A DNA stretch of 64,000 nucleotides, taken from Pseudomonadota bacterium (GTDB lineage: Bacteria > Desulfobacterota > Syntrophia > Syntrophales > UBA8958). A program made the translations under genes and the position numbers. Positions 63,183 to 64,000 of the stretch are shown in pieces. The notes beneath the pieces were generated by a model. It had not been told where the DNA came from and did no database searches. It saw only the letters and a list, made by a program, of their open reading frames with translations. Within the stretch, counting starts at the first letter, position 1; each line of letters begins with the position of its first letter. The stretch lies in the NCBI GenBank assembly GCA_030057915.1, contig JASGUC010000004.1, forward strand, positions 30,561-94,560, in the 5' to 3' direction.

Positions 63183-64000
63183 ATGAATGGATCGACGTGC
63201 GGTTTTTCGTTCCCAAAGGGTGTCTTTTCCCCGTCACCGAGGGTGGTCGGCGCGACGCTCGCCCTCTTTTTCCTTGTTTGCTCTTCCGTCCCTGCCATTG
63301 CCGGTTCCGGCAGACCCTATCTCCTCCAGGTCGGCTCTTTTGTCCATGAGGACAAAGCGGCCCAGGAGGCGAGGCGGCTTGAGGCTCGCGGGGCCTTCGT
63401 CATGCCGGTGCTGGTTGACGGGGTGAATTGGAGTCGGGTCTATGTGGGGCCGTACCCCGATAAGACGACGGCCCGGAAAAGGGGCGCCCTGATGAAACGG
63501 CGTGGGGAGATCTCGGGATACCTCCTCTGCCCCCAGTTTGCCGGACCGGTGACGATCACGGCGCTGGCCGCCGGGAAAGGCGTTTCCGGCGGCGCCGCGG
63601 GCCTCTCCTCCCCGGCGGCGTCGGCGGCGCCGCGGCTGGAAAGGACCTCCATGGCGGCGTCGGAGGCCCCGAATCCCTCCCCGGTGGTTGCGGTGGCGCC
63701 CGCGCCGGTCAACCCGCCGTCTTCCCCGGTGGTTGCGGTGGCGCCCGCGCCGGTCAACCCGCCGTCTTCCCCGGTGGTCGTGGCGACGGCGCCGGATGGT
63801 TCGGGGACGGCTTCGCCGGGGGCGTCTCCGGCGCTCACCGGCACGGCTGCCGGGCCACAAGGCCGAAACATGTATCTCGCCCAGACCTCGGCGCCCGGAC
63901 AGGAGGCGTCGCCGCCGGCGGGTGTCCGCTACGGCAAGGATGTCCCCGCCGAGTCGAGTTCCCCGTCATCGCTCGATTTACACCCCACGATCGCCTATGG
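63183..64000 (+). CDS. Secreted SPOR-domain protein with Pro/Ala-rich C-terminal region; 3' end lies outside the window
   Basis: Not in the supplied ORF track because it has no stop within the window. AAGGAGG lies 8 nt upstream of ATG 63183. Signal peptide ...SSVPAIAGSG. SPOR-like YLLQVGSFVHEDKAAQEARRLEARGAFVMPVLVDGVNWSRVYVGPYPDKTTARKRG. Open to position 64000. Confidence 0.75.
   Translation, partial: MNGSTCGFSFPKGVFSPSPRVVGATLALFFLVCSSVPAIAGSGRPYLLQVGSFVHEDKAAQEARRLEARGAFVMPVLVDGVNWSRVYVGPYPDKTTARKRGALMKRRGEISGYLLCPQFAGPVTITALAAGKGVSGGAAGLSSPAASAAPRLERTSMAASEAPNPSPVVAVAPAPVNPPSSPVVAVAPAPVNPPSSPVVVATAPDGSGTASPGASPALTGTAAGPQGRNMYLAQTSAPGQEASPPAGVRYGKDVPAESSSPSSLDLHPTIAY
63681..63770 (+). repeat. 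Perfect 45-nt tandem duplication inside the SPOR gene (a partial third unit follows)
   Basis: CCGGTGGTTGCGGTGGCGCCCGCGCCGGTCAACCCGCCGTCTTCC occurs twice back to back and encodes PVVAVAPAPVNPPSS twice. Confidence 0.9.

Overview
64-kb window from a Gram-negative genome. The gene order suggests a Desulfobacterota or deltaproteobacterium-like organism, but this is inference from synteny and no taxon can be named. Layout: (1) 1-26.8 kb, + strand: a large surface-polysaccharide locus of the ABC-transporter (Wzt) type. It is compositionally mosaic: visibly AT-rich to about 12.2 kb, intermediate to about 18.4 kb, and GC-rich after that (GC not computed). It encodes a GDP-mannose-derived sugar branch (gmd, NUDIX, C-methyltransferase, perosamine-synthase-like aminotransferase, cupin), several methyltransferases and glycosyltransferases, an SGNH hydrolase and two Gfo/Idh/MocA oxidoreductases. 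It also encodes a PglC-like initiating transferase translationally coupled to a TPP-dependent E1 alpha/beta pair, two more aminotransferases, a CapD/PglF-like dehydratase and a GT9 heptosyltransferase. (2) 27-45 kb, - strand: conserved envelope operon lysS-lolCE-lolD-bamA-skp-lpxD-lpxA-(Gfo/Idh/MocA)-lpxB-msbA-lpxK-lpxL-like-waaF-gmhB-waaC-trm112. (3) 45-48.4 kb: ssb, tatA, rodZ and an IMPase-family gene. (4) 48.5-59.7 kb: a four-gene cluster of secreted proteins built from cohesin-like and dockerin-like modules. It includes a 2,511-aa protein with 12 tandem ~123-aa repeats and a poly-Gly/[13 protein letters not shown]-terminus. This is the most unusual system in the window. (5) 60.8-64 kb: gspF-gspG-gspH-like genes plus a SPOR-domain gene that runs off the window. 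Non-coding DNA holds small mobile repeats: a 121-bp MITE (3 copies, 5-bp TSDs), a 104-bp MITE (2 inverted copies) and a heterogeneous ~132-bp family sharing GAGACCTTTGAAAAA-type termini. Many long ORFs in the supplied track are antisense or out-of-frame artefacts of the GC-rich DNA, and several real genes were trimmed to internal starts. No rRNA, tRNA, CRISPR array, transposase or integrase was recognised.
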